A stretch of DNA of 54,408 bases from positions 1-54,408 of the forward strand of contig CAXIUT010000057.1 in the NCBI GenBank assembly GCA_964035545.1, written 5' to 3'. This document shows positions 12,401 through 25,530 of this stretch, one piece after another. The notes below the pieces were generated by a model. The model was given only the letters and a program-made list of their open reading frames with translations, was not told the DNA's origin and made no database searches. The position numbers and the translations under genes were made by a program. Every line of letters begins with the position of its first letter. Position 1 is the stretch's first letter. This stretch comes from Bugula neritina. Lineage: Eukaryota > Animalia > Bryozoa.

Positions 12401-13324
12401 GGATTTCATATCTTAGAACCATATTCTAGTACAATCACAGAAGCTACAGCTAGATCTATCCTTTATCAAACTGCTGCACTTGATTTCACTAGAAAATAAA
12501 GATCTTTTTCTTCAGCTCTACCTAAAACCTCTAAATTAAAAGAAGCAGAAGATGGTGAATAGGGATCAGGATAAAAAGCTCCTTAAGAAGGAGATTAACT
12601 TAACTAAAGTCGATCTCCATCTTCTCTAAGGATATAAAATAAATTCTTGAAGGAAAAAAAGTTGAAATAAGAGTAGAAACAAAGAAAAATAGATGAAGAA
12701 ATAAAAAGAAGATAACAAAGAGATAGATAATTAAAAGCTTTACTTGAAAAACATCGTTAAAAGCAATAATAAAAGAATGAATAAAAGATGTAACAAAGGA
12801 AAGAAGAGGAGAGAAGACAATAATAAGAGAGGAAAAGACGTGAAAAATATGAATAAAATTTAAAGAAGAAAGTTGAAGAATATATGAAGAAAAAATAAGA
12901 TGAAAAAATGAAATAATAGCAATAAAAATTAAGAAAAAAAGAATAATAAGCAAGAAATAATGAAAAAATAAAGTAAGATTTTGAGCGTAAGAAGAGAATG
13001 GTCGAATAAAGTAAAAGAAAAAAGATGTAAGAAGAATTATAACAAAAATAGAAATAAAGATAGTAAAAAAAGAGACAAGAATAATAAAATCGAATAAAAC
13101 TATAATAAAAGAAAGAGCGAACAAGAGTTTTACTTGAAGAGTATAAAGAAAGGAAGGCAAAATAATAGTAATAAAGAATAAAAAGGAAATAGGCATAAGA
13201 AGCAGCCTAACTAAAATCGAAAGTAAAGTCGAAATTGGTGACTCCAAGACCATCGAAGCATTCAGAGCCAAAATCTCAAAAGCAAACAACCTAGGTGAAA
13301 ATAGAATCATTAGATAATAATTGA
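9411..13324 (+). CDS. Large (about 1300 aa) protein with N-terminal calponin-homology-like segment, helical middle and E/K/R-rich charged helix at the C-terminus; 20-nt intron at 9599-9618 (possible 21-nt intron at 9750-9770)
   Basis: Open frame after intron removal; ARMNNWNTM...KIINGD resembles CH_2/SPEF1-like domains; 12630-13210 is almost entirely E/K/R/Q when TAR=Glu. Confidence 0.75.
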
Positions 13325-13339
13325 TTATTTGCTATTTTA

Positions 13340-16300
13340 TCATTATTCTTTCTATAACAATGTGTCATTGACTTTTTCATCAAGATTAATGCTTCCAACT
13401 CTCTCAGGCCTATCATCATCCGCTTCTTCTTTTTCGGTCAAAAGAGATACGTTCTTATCTAAACGCTTCTTCTTGAAGTAACGGAATAATCCATAGGCAA
13501 CACCAACAAGCAACAATATTGCTGCAACAATTATAACTACTACATACCATTTGATGCCATCATCTGGTCCTGGAGGAGGTGGTGGAGGAGGTGGTACTGG
13601 TGATGTCTAAAACTCTACTTTTTGAGTATGTTTTGTGGTATGATATGAGTTTTCAGCCTGAATATCAATTTTTTTGAAATCTCCACCTTTTTAATAGTTA
13701 AGCTTCAAATTATAAGAATCAGCCAGTTTATAAGCCATCAAAGTACCAATAAAAGGTGCATCAGTGAGATGACTAACAAGTAACTTATTATTTTTAGTAA
13801 TAAATGCTTAATGATACTTGGTAAGATGTTTCGACAACTTAAGCGTGGTTCCTTCAAAGAACTGGTTCTAATAATGAGATTTTCTATGATATGCAACAAT
13901 AGTAACCATTTATTTTGATTAATTATAATACGAAAGATAGACATGATCCTTTGTGATAGCATGCCAGTTAAGCAATCTCTGTTTACCATATCGATAATAA
14001 GTCTAGGTAATTTCTTTGAAGTGCATTAACTAGAAATCAAAAAGAACGACCATACTTAAACTATTCGTTGATGATATGAATAGACTAACTTCATGATTTG
14101 AAGAACTTAACCATTATATTTGTTTGAAATAACTACTCTATAACAACTGATCTTTAATTGGTCCAATAGCTGCCAGATGGACTACTCTAGGATTGACTAT
14201 CATTCCTCTATAGAATTAACATTTAACGATGCCATAATTACCAACAGTTATAAAGATAATATCTTCGTGCATGTCGAAATCGTTGATAGGATAAATAGAA
14301 TTAACACCAAATGATTTACTGTTAAACTAACTCACAAAAGATAATTTTTAATTTCTCAACATAAAAACTTTAAGAGTAGATACCTTGTTATTAGAATCAA
14401 TTGTTTCATCATTATCTAAAATAAATATATACGCATCTTCTTCAAATGAAAACAAAAACATCTAGTCAAAATTACGAACGATATGGTCACTTGGTATTTC
14501 TTTTATGTTTTCAAAAATAAATCTGTTATTTTTAACAGTATATTGCAACATTATTTGACCTGATGCGAATTGATCACTAGTACAAAATAAAAATAAACCC
14601 AAAATTTAGTTATACACCATGTGATCGCAGTTCACCAAAGGAATCGAACTAGAAAATACCACTTATAAGGTATCCTCATCCAATAAATATAAAGTGTTGT
14701 CAGATAGAACTACTATTTGATCATCTATTGATGCATAGTCAACACCTGTAGTTATTTATTATATATTTTGATCGAATATTATTTAAGTTTAGAGTTTAAT
14801 TTGAGAATCTTTGCAAAATGGACAATCTATAGTATAATCTGATACTGGTCCCTTGAAAAAAGACTAAATATCTAATTTCATATTTATGTTAGAAGCACTA
14901 GATGGTAGCTTTATTACTGAATCACTAGGAATATCTTTGATAGCCACTGGAAAGTTTACACCCTCAACCATCGCTTTAGAGGTTTATGTTTTATCTTTTG
15001 ATCTTATCTTAAAATCAAGTTCAATATCTTACTTGAAAACATCGTCAGGAAGATGAGATTCGACTGAAAGAAGAGGAGCATAATGAACATAATATACTTT
15101 GTTATTCGATAAAAACCAATGACGAGATATCATTGGCACTTGCTGAAGAGTCATCTCAACATATTGAGTATCCATTGATCCTGAATCAGGAATCATTATC
15201 TTAACTGTTGAATTATTTGCATTGTTTTATTATTTAACTGAAACAGTTACAAAATTTGATTGGGAATCGTATTTTAGAGCAGAAAAACTAGATACTTGGA
15301 AAGGAATAGTTTGTAGAGTTTAGAACTGCTGAATAGAAGGGTTATAGTACTCTTCTTTCAGCTATTTGTCTCTGATTGTCAAGATATTAGATCCTGTATA
15401 GGTGAAAGTCCACTCTGAGTCAGGGACATAAGTCTAAAAGTCTCTAACTATGCCTCCGAATTTAACAGTTCGATCATCAAGAACTAAGAATCTGGCTATT
15501 CTGGTTGGTAATTTAACAAAAAAAACTCTTGGATTATTTTTATCAATAACAACTTCTCTGGGATAAAACATCTAAAGACTTTCGAGTTATTCTTGTGTGA
15601 ATTGAGTCTAATCTATGGTGTATTGCACTGGAAAGCCTTTATCCCATACTATTTGAATATATCTAGCTGTTTTAGAAACAACTATGAAGTATTCTTAGGA
15701 AATGGTGACTGATGAGATGGGAAGAGACTCCCAACTACTCAATATCAAGCTAACTCCTTTTCTTTAGATATTATACCAAACAACTATTTTTTTATATTGA
15801 TAGGTCCAAACAAGCCAAGGCCCATCAGGTCTAGCTTTAGTTTAAACCAAATCAACAATAGATCCTTTAATTTATTTAAGTCCAACACTACCATTCGACC
15901 AAATTTAACATTTAATAGAATTATTCTTTCTCGAACATATATCGATATAAAATTGATCTTATAATTCACTATTGATGCCAATAAAATAAAATCTTTAACT
16001 ATCGATTTCCAAAATAGCAGATTTTTATACTTTTCCAAAAGTTGACTTGAATTCAAAAGACTACACCTCTTTTATATCTACTTCAAAATCAGGATTAACT
16101 TTATTAACCAATTAGTATTATAAATTAGACCCTCCATAGTAATCTTTAAGGTTCAGAGCTAGACCACTCGTAGGATCAACTTTAAAACTCATATCTTCAA
16201 TATTTTACTTATTTATTATGTCAGTATTATCCTCGACAAATCTTATATCGAACACTATCTCACACTCTTGTAAATTTGATCTAGCAGTTATGTTGAATGG

Positions 16301-17611
16301 CTGATCTTCTGAAACATCAGATATCGCCATATAAGGCTATGACACTGATACAGCTTGGACATTAGTGAGGTTGAAAGTATAGAGATAGCTAACTTGTTGT
16401 GATAAGATTACTACAGGCATCGATTTGAATGATACTCTATTAAGTAAGTAATTTATTTTATGTTAGTTTCTTAAATACAAATAAAGATTATTTGTGCTTG
16501 TAGTAAAAGTAAGCATCTGATTACTTGCCTGCACAGATGTAATATCAGCATCAGAATAATCAACCTGATATGTACTCATAATAACACCAGGATTAGAAGC
16601 ATCGTATTCAGTTATACCAATGCTAGTAGCCACAACCAGAGAATCAAATTTACTATTATAAGCTAAAGCAAGAGGCTTTGATTTCAAAGACATTAACTTT
16701 TACATTTTGACCTAATCGTCAAGAGAATAAGAGTAGTAGATCAATCGAGATTGCTAGAGATCAGCTAGCACGATCATATTATCATTGGTAACAATATAAT
16801 CTGAGATACTTAGTTAAGGATTGACTAGTCCACTTCCATCGATCATTTTGGTAAAAATGAACTAATTGTTTTAATCTATTTTGTATATCGCTATATAGTC
16901 TGCTGTTCCAGTATCGTTTTGATCTTTGTTTTGAGACAATAAGTAATTTTGAGTTATATCTCCATCTTTCAATCTGAATATTTTGCTTTTTCTTGTGAGA
17001 GATTTAGACAATGATTCAAACATCTGACAGTTATTCTACAACTTCAACTCAGTATCTTAGTTAGATATGTAGCAAAATAGATCTTTTTGCTATTATGGAG
17101 TCTAAGAATCTACCTGGCAATTCAATATAGCATCTCCCTTATCGTTGATCGACCTCAAGTCAAAACACCTAGCTGGCATATCAGAAGGAAGTGCAAAGGT
17201 TTTAAACTAATCAAAATGAGGTAAATTTTAAAATCCCTACAAATCGCCTACCCACATAGCCACCTCTTGACTAGTCTAATTTTGTACAAGCAAACTCAAT
17301 TTACCAAGTCCAACAAGAGATTGATATGATTGCACATCAACACTTTTAAGAATACTAGAATCTAACATAAATAAGCATTTACCTTTGAAATCCATTTGTC
17401 TATTAACCGATACTTCATATGAGCTATATATTTTAGCTAAAGGACTATCAGTCTAGAATTAGAGATCAAATCCATTGACATAAGAGTGAAGATTAAGTCG
17501 TCTAATTTACTAGTCTTGGACGAATAAGCGATCACCATCTTTTACCACTTCACAGTAATTGATGGATGAAGCCAATATCAATAAAGAGCAAAGCAATAGT
17601 ACTTTAACCAT
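13340..17611 (-). CDS. Type I single-pass membrane protein, about 1420 aa (signal peptide, large beta-rich ectodomain, poly-Pro linker, TM, short tail); possible 21-nt intron at 17362-17382
   Basis: N-terminus MVKVLLLCSLLILASS; C-terminal PVPPPPPPPPGP then WYVVVIIVAAILLLVGVAYGLF-RYFKKKR; ORF-track fragment 16463-16693 is in frame. The middle was not checked codon by codon. Confidence 0.8.
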
Positions 17612-17689
17612 TTAATAGATAATTAATCAAATATCTTTTAATTCATTTAATAATAACAATAAACTACTTATATCATAATTCTAATCTAT

Positions 17690-18226
17690 TCATCTGCATA
17701 CAAAACTATTGTAACTTTTTTGTTCTAGAATTAATTCTTAACCTTAAGATATATCACGACTAGCTACTACTAATAATTTAGAACCGAAACTGGTCATTAT
17801 TTAACAATTGCCCTTCAAAAATCCCTTCTATAGTTGGTTTTATTGATATTAAGGATGGTTTAAAAGATATTTAGAAATGTTTTTTGGTGATAACAAATAT
17901 GTCACATCCCATTACAACTTCACCAATACTGGCAATTTGTCTTTTTATACAACTTTTTAAGATAGTAATTGCTACAATTTAGCTAAACCTATTAGTGATC
18001 CTCTGATCTATACTATCAAATCATATTTTTAGTACTTATTTTTTGCTATTAAAGTCTGATAGTTTATTCCCTTGGATGTTTTAGTAGCAATATCGAGATG
18101 AAGAGTATCACTACTATGATTAATGAATAAATTTAAATGTTCTTTATAAGTATTACGTATCTATTCTTCATAGACTTGTTCTTAAGAGCGAATCGAGTCT
18201 TTTGCTTTATGAATTTATTTTTACAT
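17690..18226 (-). CDS. Divergent SET-domain protein, 178 aa (start uncertain)
   Basis: KG...LIAK...YEKYDLIVEIRGSLI; ISKYLLNHP...NCEI...LLVVASRDISEGEELIL matches the SET NHS...A.RDI..GEEL signature. Confidence 0.65.
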
Positions 18227-18343
18227 ATATTAAAATATTTATTCGAGAAAAACTAATTATTGTCCAAATCTTCCTAAACAACTCCTTTGCTGTTTGCTGC
18301 ATAGTTAATATAGATAAATAAGAATAGATAAAAAAGATGATAA

Positions 18344-18604
18344 TCATAATTCACTATCACCACTCACTCCACTAGTCGACTTGAGTCCAATGTACTAAGG
18401 AAACATCTTGACCACCACATAGCAAATAACTATAAACACCAACAAAAAGGTATAAAAGCCTTATTTTTCTTGATAGCCTTTGCTTTGATTAATATAATTT
18501 TATCTTAACTCTTTGTGAGAAGGTACTTCCTCATCTTACTGTTTAATTGCTTGCTCTTGAACCAATTTGATATATTCCTATGATGTTTGAGGTTATTTGG
18601 CCAT
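18344..18604 (-). CDS. Small single-TM hypothetical protein, 86 aa
   Basis: ATG-TGA frame containing hydrophobic FYTFLLVFIVICYVVV. Confidence 0.55.
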
Positions 18605-18685
18605 TGTTCTCTAATAAATTTTATCAGAATTCGATATAAATTATACTTAATATCTGATAAGTTTATTTTTAAATAGCAATAAAAA

Positions 18686-19450
18686 TCAAAATTAAGTAGT
18701 CACCATCGAATGATAATTTTTAGAAGAAGGAAAACTCTTCTTAAGTCCCTTCCAACTCTTAAACTTCTTGTTATTTCTCATAAATAACGATCTTTATATC
18801 TTGCTCTACCTACTAACTGATATTCTATCATCCTAAGTTATCATCTTGTTCTTCTGATGATATAAGTTAGCCACTTCCTAGAAATAGTTATTTTCAGGTA
18901 CTTACATCTTCTTCTCCATTTTCATCTTACTAATATACAAAGAATATCCCTTCTATTCAGATGGGAAAGATACTCTATTAAAAAATTTAAGCTGAGTCTA
19001 TGAAAATAATTTTTTATTTGGGTTCTTTTTCGTTCTTTGAGGGATAGTATTGATAGGATTTGATATTATACTTAAATCTTGAAGCTTCTTTTTGATAGAA
19101 TCAATAGATATTGCCTTTGGAATCTTCTTTTTTGCTATCATTACGATTTCTTCCTTTTTATGACTTAAAGGTCCCTCTCTGATATTAGAAAAAATCTTTT
19201 AATTCTTTTTAAGGAAGTTGAGTGTTATTATTTTGGCTTGATTATGAAGTTATTTATCTTCAATTTTGCTAGTTTATTAAGTTTTTACAGTTCTATTGAA
19301 CCCAGTCTCAGTTTTATCAAAAGCAAAATGTTTCTTAGCTTTGATATTGGGTGTAGTTGTATTCAATCTTCTACGATTAAAGAAACTCTGTGGTATTTGA
19401 CTACTTTCTGAAGCCCAAGGCTATATTTCTCCAAAAAATTATTCACTCAT
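18686..19450 (-). CDS. Hypothetical Lys-rich protein, 254 aa
   Basis: Uninterrupted ATG-TGA frame of 255 codons under TAR=Glu. Confidence 0.65.
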
Positions 19451-19499
19451 TATTTACTACAAATAATCAAAAGAACTTTAAATAATCAAAGTATTAAAA

Positions 19500-20802
19500 T
19501 CAGAAGAAGAAAAACTTTTTCTTTTTTATCTTAGCTGAAGTCCTTTATGAACTTGTCATTTCCAGAATCAGATGATTCGATGTTTTATTTATTTCTATTT
19601 CTTTATCGAAATAAGCATGTTCTAAAGCCGCCTCAGCAGTTATTCTTTCCTTTGGATCCAATAATAGCATTTTTTTTAGTAAATCCAAAGCATAATCATC
19701 GATTCGACTAAAGTTCTCTCCTTCAAAAAACATATTAAACTCTTTATTTGCCCTAAATACTTAGTCATATTTAGTCCCTGGGAAAAGAGGCCTACTTACC
19801 AGAAGAATATGAAAGATAGCACCCAAAGAAAACATATCACAAGTAGGCTAAAGATGAATCGATTGCGTTAGTCTTATTATCTAAGGAGCCACGTATCCAG
19901 GAGTTCCACAACGATAAAAAAGATATTAAGGAATATCTACATTAGTAGATAAACCAAAATCAACAATAACTGGTTCAAGCTAGTCCTTTCTAATCATTAT
20001 GTTCTATGGCTTTAAATCTCGGTGCATTACTCTGTTTTTGCATAGATGAGCTACTCCTTTAAGTAAGCCTGAAATAATTTTTTTGACTTATTAACTGCTA
20101 AGATGTTCTCCCTTTCTTTCCTGAATAGCTCCTAAAAGAGTTTTTCCTTAAAGTAATTCAAGGACAACATAAATTGAATTTTATGATTCATAGACACTTT
20201 AAAGTCTAAGGACATTTGGATGAGGTTCTACATTAAGACTTCTTAACAGAGAAAGCTCATTTATTAGACTTTATTTACCATTCTTAGAACAGTATGAATT
20301 TTGCTTACTAAAGGCCTTCACTGCAAATTTCTGATGATCAGTTATTCTTTAAGCTTAATATACTGTGGCAAAGTTTCCTTTTCCTAACTTTCGAATGGGT
20401 CGGAACATGTCTTGAAAACCTTTCATATTAATGATTTTTCCAAGGGCCTGAGCAAAGTGAGGAGCATCAGAACTATAAAAAGAAATCTGATGATCATTTT
20501 CTTCAAGCAAATTAAATCCAATGATCTATGATGTGACATCTTTCTAAAAATAAATATGAAATTACACTGTGAAGATAGATGAACTATATTCTAATGTTGA
20601 AGGTGAGTTCCAAAACATAGAAATTTTTACTTTTATCTGCTAGAAGTAAAATATTTTTGAAGAGACTTAGACTAACACTAGGTTCTTCATCAGATTATAA
20701 GGAAAATATTCCTACTTGGGATGGAGAAAGACTCATACAATGATCAAAAGTAGCATTATCTATGACCCTAAATAGTGGAATTTGTTTTATTTCGGTCTAC
20801 AT
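19500..20802 (-). CDS. Ser/Thr protein kinase (CAMK-like) with N-terminal extension; probable 22-nt intron at 20544-20565
   Basis: LGKGNFATVY, FAVKAF, HRDLKP[TAG]N, VDFGL, CGTPGYVAP[TAG], CDMFSLG, ERITAEAALEH. Confidence 0.93.
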
Positions 20803-20955
20803 CTTTGGAAAAAATGTTTATTTTCTATAATAGTGATCAAATGATATAAAATAAATTAAAACTTCTATTATTACCATGATTTAAAATGATAAAATATTAT
20901 ATGAAAAAATTACTAGGTTTATATTGATAATTTTTAATAAAGGATTTACTGTGGA

Positions 20956-21834
20956 TCATTTTTTAACTCCTTTCTCGAGTCTCGAAAGCAAAAGAACAAG
21001 TTTGTTCTAGTAATCGTTCACGTATTTGATTCCTCTTTTCAAGTATTCTTTCTGCTTAAAATCTTCACAGTCACATCCATAGACCGCTTAGACACTCTCT
21101 TATAAGTTTCCAACCTTTAGTGCTTTATATGATATCTGATAGTAACGAATAGAGGCCTTCAGATACTTGTTGGCTTTCTCATTAGATGAAAATTCATTAT
21201 TTTTCAACATCTAGAAAAACTTTGATTCAAGGTCTTCCAATATCTCTTCTCCTATCAGGTACTTGATGTTCAAAAGTTAGCACACAAAACCATATCTTGC
21301 ACTCTTCTTTGTGTCTAACTTTTACGTTGTCGTTGTCCTTAAAATCTATTTCAACCTTTTGATAAGCTTTTTAAGCTTTTTCATATCCTTAGGATAATTC
21401 TTTTGGAGGACTTCATGCAATAAAGTAATAACTTTTTTTCTGATGTTATTTGAGTCATCATCTCTGGTTCTTTAAGACTCTAGTTGCTAGGAAGATTATT
21501 CTTCTCCATTTTTGGGTTCTTCTGGTGGTAGTAAGTTGTCTGTTTAGCCATAATTTATTTTTTCTTCCTCTGAAATCATAAAGTCAAGAAGTTCTTCTTT
21601 TTAACCATCTTAGTTGTTTTAGTCCAAGAAGTCATCGGACTGGAAAATGCTTATGGATCCTGAACTGACAGAAAATTTATCCGATGAAACAATGTTATCA
21701 TCAGGATCATGTTACTTTAGGGCAGTAAAGAGTGACTCATTTACTGGAGGCACTGGCAAAAACAAAGGCAGACTATTTTCATAGCTCTCACTTTAGAGTG
21801 AAAGCCATACTTTTGATGATTTTTCTTCAATCAT
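20956..21834 (-). CDS. Hypothetical protein, 292 aa, acidic N-half; paralogue of 22472-23363
   Basis: Uninterrupted frame; C-terminal SYKALKVGNLEESVEAVYG...FKQKEY...IKYVNDY aligns with the neighbouring gene. Confidence 0.7.
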
Positions 21835-22471
21835 ACTTAATAATTATTAGTCTTATTAATTCTTGTAGTTTATATAGTAAATTCACTCAAAAATTATTAA
21901 AAAATGTACAAATAAAGAACAAAGCTTTTCTTCTCAATTTGATAAAGTAAAAAGAGTGTGAGGAAAAAATTGAAATAAGAAACAAATAATTTTTTTATAT
22001 ATAAAATAATTTTATTGATATAAAATAAGAAATATCTCATGAATAAGTTATCAAAAGCAAAAACTGTCGTTAGAATCAAGGTAAAAACATATATACTAGA
22101 CGATTATATGATATATTTTAAATATCTTCGAAAAGAAATAACTATTCTTCTGATTTTATATAAGATAATAAATCCTATAAATTTTCTAAGCCTTGAATTA
22201 AAAAATTATTATATTTAGTTAATAATCTTAATTAAAATCTTTTCTACAACTTTCATGTTTTGATTTAAAACTAATATTTTTCTCTTCAAGATATTTATTA
22301 AATTTTATTCAATAATAAATTCAAAAAAAAAATTAACTTAAATAATAATAATAAATGACTTATAACTAGTTAACATTGATTTCTTTCAAAAAGAAAGGAA
22401 AAATAACATTTAAAAAGTATGATTTTAATTGATTTTGATTGATTATTGATTTATGATGCATTATTACATTA

Positions 22472-23363
22472 TCAAGATAAGTTGGTCAAACATTTTTAAA
22501 ACCTTAATGTCTCAACATCTTGATAATAACTTCTCACAAACTATATCGCTTCCCTTTTATACTTTTGCTGCTTAAATTTAGAAAATCCTACCTCATATAT
22601 CAAACTGACTGATTTACCAAGATTTACCAACATCTCCATCAATCAATGCCCGAAATGATTTATCATATTCAACTATATACTTCTGGTGTAACTCATCTAC
22701 TTCAACCTTACTTGATCGAGCCACTTTATTGACTACTTTCTGATAGTTTTTGTAACATGCCATCAAAGAATCATGACCAAGTAGTAAAGATACTTAGATG
22801 AGTTTACAAGTAAAGTAGTAAGATGATCCTTGAATATCAGCTAATTTTGATTTTTTTGGACTGCCGATATGTTTTTCTCTTAGATTTCTTTTCCTTAACT
22901 TTTATAAGTAAGGTTTTAATATCAATAACTGTTTTTTATCTGAACTTGACAATGATTTTCCAATAGCTGTCACATATTTTTTACCCTAATTTTTCCATGG
23001 ATTTATTATATTCGTCCTCATTTAAACTTTTTGACCTCTTTCATGTTTTTTAGAATGTTTTTTCTTAGGGGTCTTTTGTCTCTAATTATTCGATGTGTTT
23101 TCAAAGTCACTTTTGTTTTCATAGTTTTCTCTTATACTTGATACAGAATCTTCCTGGTTGAAACAATAGTCTTTAAAAGAACTTTTGTTGATCGTTTACT
23201 CAGGAGACTCTTCTTTCTATGATACAATTTTTTAATCTTCACCTGATGGTTAGAAATAGCAAATTTACGGAAGACCAATCTTACAGTTTTAACTATTGTG
23301 ACTAAATAGTGCACTTGAGTCGTTATAACTACTTTGATCCCAAAAGCTTTCGTCCATATTCAT
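22472..23363 (-). CDS. Hypothetical protein, about 290 aa, paralogue of 20956-21834; interrupted by a 10-bp tandem duplication that forms a probable 19-nt intron (22609-22627)
   Basis: Frame breaks at the doubled GATTTACCAA (22611-22630); removing GTAAATCTTGGTAAATCAG restores SFRALIDGDV-VSLIYEVGFSKFKQQKY...IEFVRSY. Confidence 0.65.
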
Positions 23364-23460
23364 GATTTTTGCTATAAAAGTCTCTAATATTTATAATACC
23401 AAAGTACTATTGGCATTATTTCAGATCAAAATTTTAATATATTTACAAACTATCAGACTA

Positions 23461-25423
23461 TCAATCATCTTCTTCAATAAATGGCATATTTGGGTCATGC
23501 TCTCCTCCCTGAGCTCCAGGTAAATTAACCCAAGGTAGTAAACTATTCAAAAATAAACTAAAAGGATTTTGGTTCATATTCAACTGCTGACCTTGAGGTT
23601 GTTGAATCTGCTGATTATCTTGAATGTTATTCAGGTCTACCATCTCAACTCGATCACTAAAATTATTTTTATTTATATTAGAATATCTCGATAAGTTAAA
23701 TGGAATTGCTATTGCCTTTGTTTCTTACAGACAAAGTGTTTCAAGATACTATTGATAGTTAAACTTCTCTTATATCTTATTTAGCACCATCCCAAGAGCT
23801 CCCTTCACCCAAAGCATCACTGTATTGCTTTTCCAAAGAATTTTTGATCTTTATACATAGACTTAAAGCACTTTATCTAGTCCTTGAGAATCTTATACAG
23901 TTTAAAGTTTGAGGAAGTGATAAGAATAACTTGTAGGAATGTATGTCCAAAATTAATGATTCATAATTTGTGAGAAAGGTTTTTTTTGCCATCCCTTGAA
24001 ACACTAATGATTTAAAAACTGTTTAGAAAATTAATTTTTAGCAGCTATATCAACAACTAATCTAGGATATACTAAAATAGCTCTCAAAATAAGAACTCTT
24101 GGATCTTATTTAACAAAATCATCATTATTCGGCAATTCTAGTGCTTTGTTCCAATGCTAGTCAGTAAAATCTAGCAATTTTTATATTTTATTTTCCTAAA
24201 CTAGCAACTAGCTTTCTTTGGTAGGTTAACTTTCTTCAAACATCTTAGCCAAAGCAATAGAATAACAAAAATTAGGCATCAAGTATAAACTTTATTTTTT
24301 AGCACCAATGTAGGAACTAAATTGTTGAGTAAAATTGATTAAATAGGAATACTGTTTGGCTGAAATGGCATTAAAATCAATCGAAAGAAGACAAGCTGTA
24401 GGATCATTAACATTAATTTTAAGTAAAAATTTATTATACTAAAGAGCTGTTCTAAAACATCCTTTTTTGCCTAGAATATCAATAAATTTGAATAATGACA
24501 TAAAGAAACTAGTAGATATTACATCATAGACTATATACTTTTTGATAAAAGGTTCTTTAATGAACTCTACCAAATCATACCCTCCAGCAATTTAATAAAT
24601 ATAAATAACCCTTTGAATAAGATTATCTGCATCTCGATAATTACCCTGCAATCTCAAAAACTACCCAACTGAATAAAGACTATCCACATGCTCAGGATTC
24701 ATCTGACTGAATTGAAACAAAGCATTTATGTCATTAGAATTTTTTATTATATCGTATTCCTTTTGAAGGGAATCGTATTTCTTACTAGATTGAAACTTTA
24801 TTGAATTATCGTTCTTATCCATCTAAAACTTTTATCTTATTGGAAAATAGTCTCTTATTCCAGGAGATAAAATAGACTTCTTCATCATTTTCTTCATATG
24901 CTTCTGCATCTTTTGCTACCTCTTGTTCATATCAGGATCTCCTTCTTACTTATCAGCCTACCAACCTCGAAAGTGTCTTCTTAACTACTTCTAATAGTTG
25001 AATTTGTTTTAACTTATTTACAAAATGTAAACCCAATCTTCATCTTCTTCTTATTCTTTGCTAACTGCATCTGAATTAAGACCAAGTTTTTTAAGATGCT
25101 ATTGTACCTATTTCACCTATCTATCTTCTTCATCTTAAACCGACTTCTTCTGATTTTTATTTTTCTTCTTCTTTTTCTTCTTTTTTCTCCCTTTATCTCC
25201 TATTTCTATATCTTATTTTCTTATTTTTATACTTCTTTTTAAACAGGCTATTCATCACTTGATTATTCATCTAAATAGCATACTTATTACTAAAAGCAGA
25301 AAATGCATTACTCTTTTTGGCTACAGGTTCTGGCTCTTACTCTTGTTCTTATTCTTAGTTAGTTGCTATAACTTATGCTTGCCTTTTCTTTTATAAAAGT
25401 TGTTTGGCTTTCCTTAAACTCAT
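23461..25423 (-). CDS. TCF25: TCF25/Rqc1 ribosome quality-control complex subunit; 20-nt intron at 25271-25290; apparent 1-nt frameshift near 25181-25186
   Basis: MSLRKAK...KKKKKKK N-terminus; PEHVDSL...QGNYRDADNLIQR; KKGCFRTALEYNKFLLKIN..DP; PNFCYSIALA; NPFSLFLNSLLPW. Confidence 0.88.
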
Positions 25424-25530
25424 AATTAAAGAATTATTATTAATTGATTGATAAATATTTCTTTCATAAAACTCAATATTCATTCTTAATATTTTATATT
25501 TATTATGTTTCAATTGATTAAGCTTGAAAA

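Noticed and set aside
12600-13310. 236-aa hydrophobic minus-strand ORF in the supplied track, resembling a membrane protein
   Set aside because: Antisense shadow of the purine-rich E/K/R tract of the plus-strand gene 9411-13324
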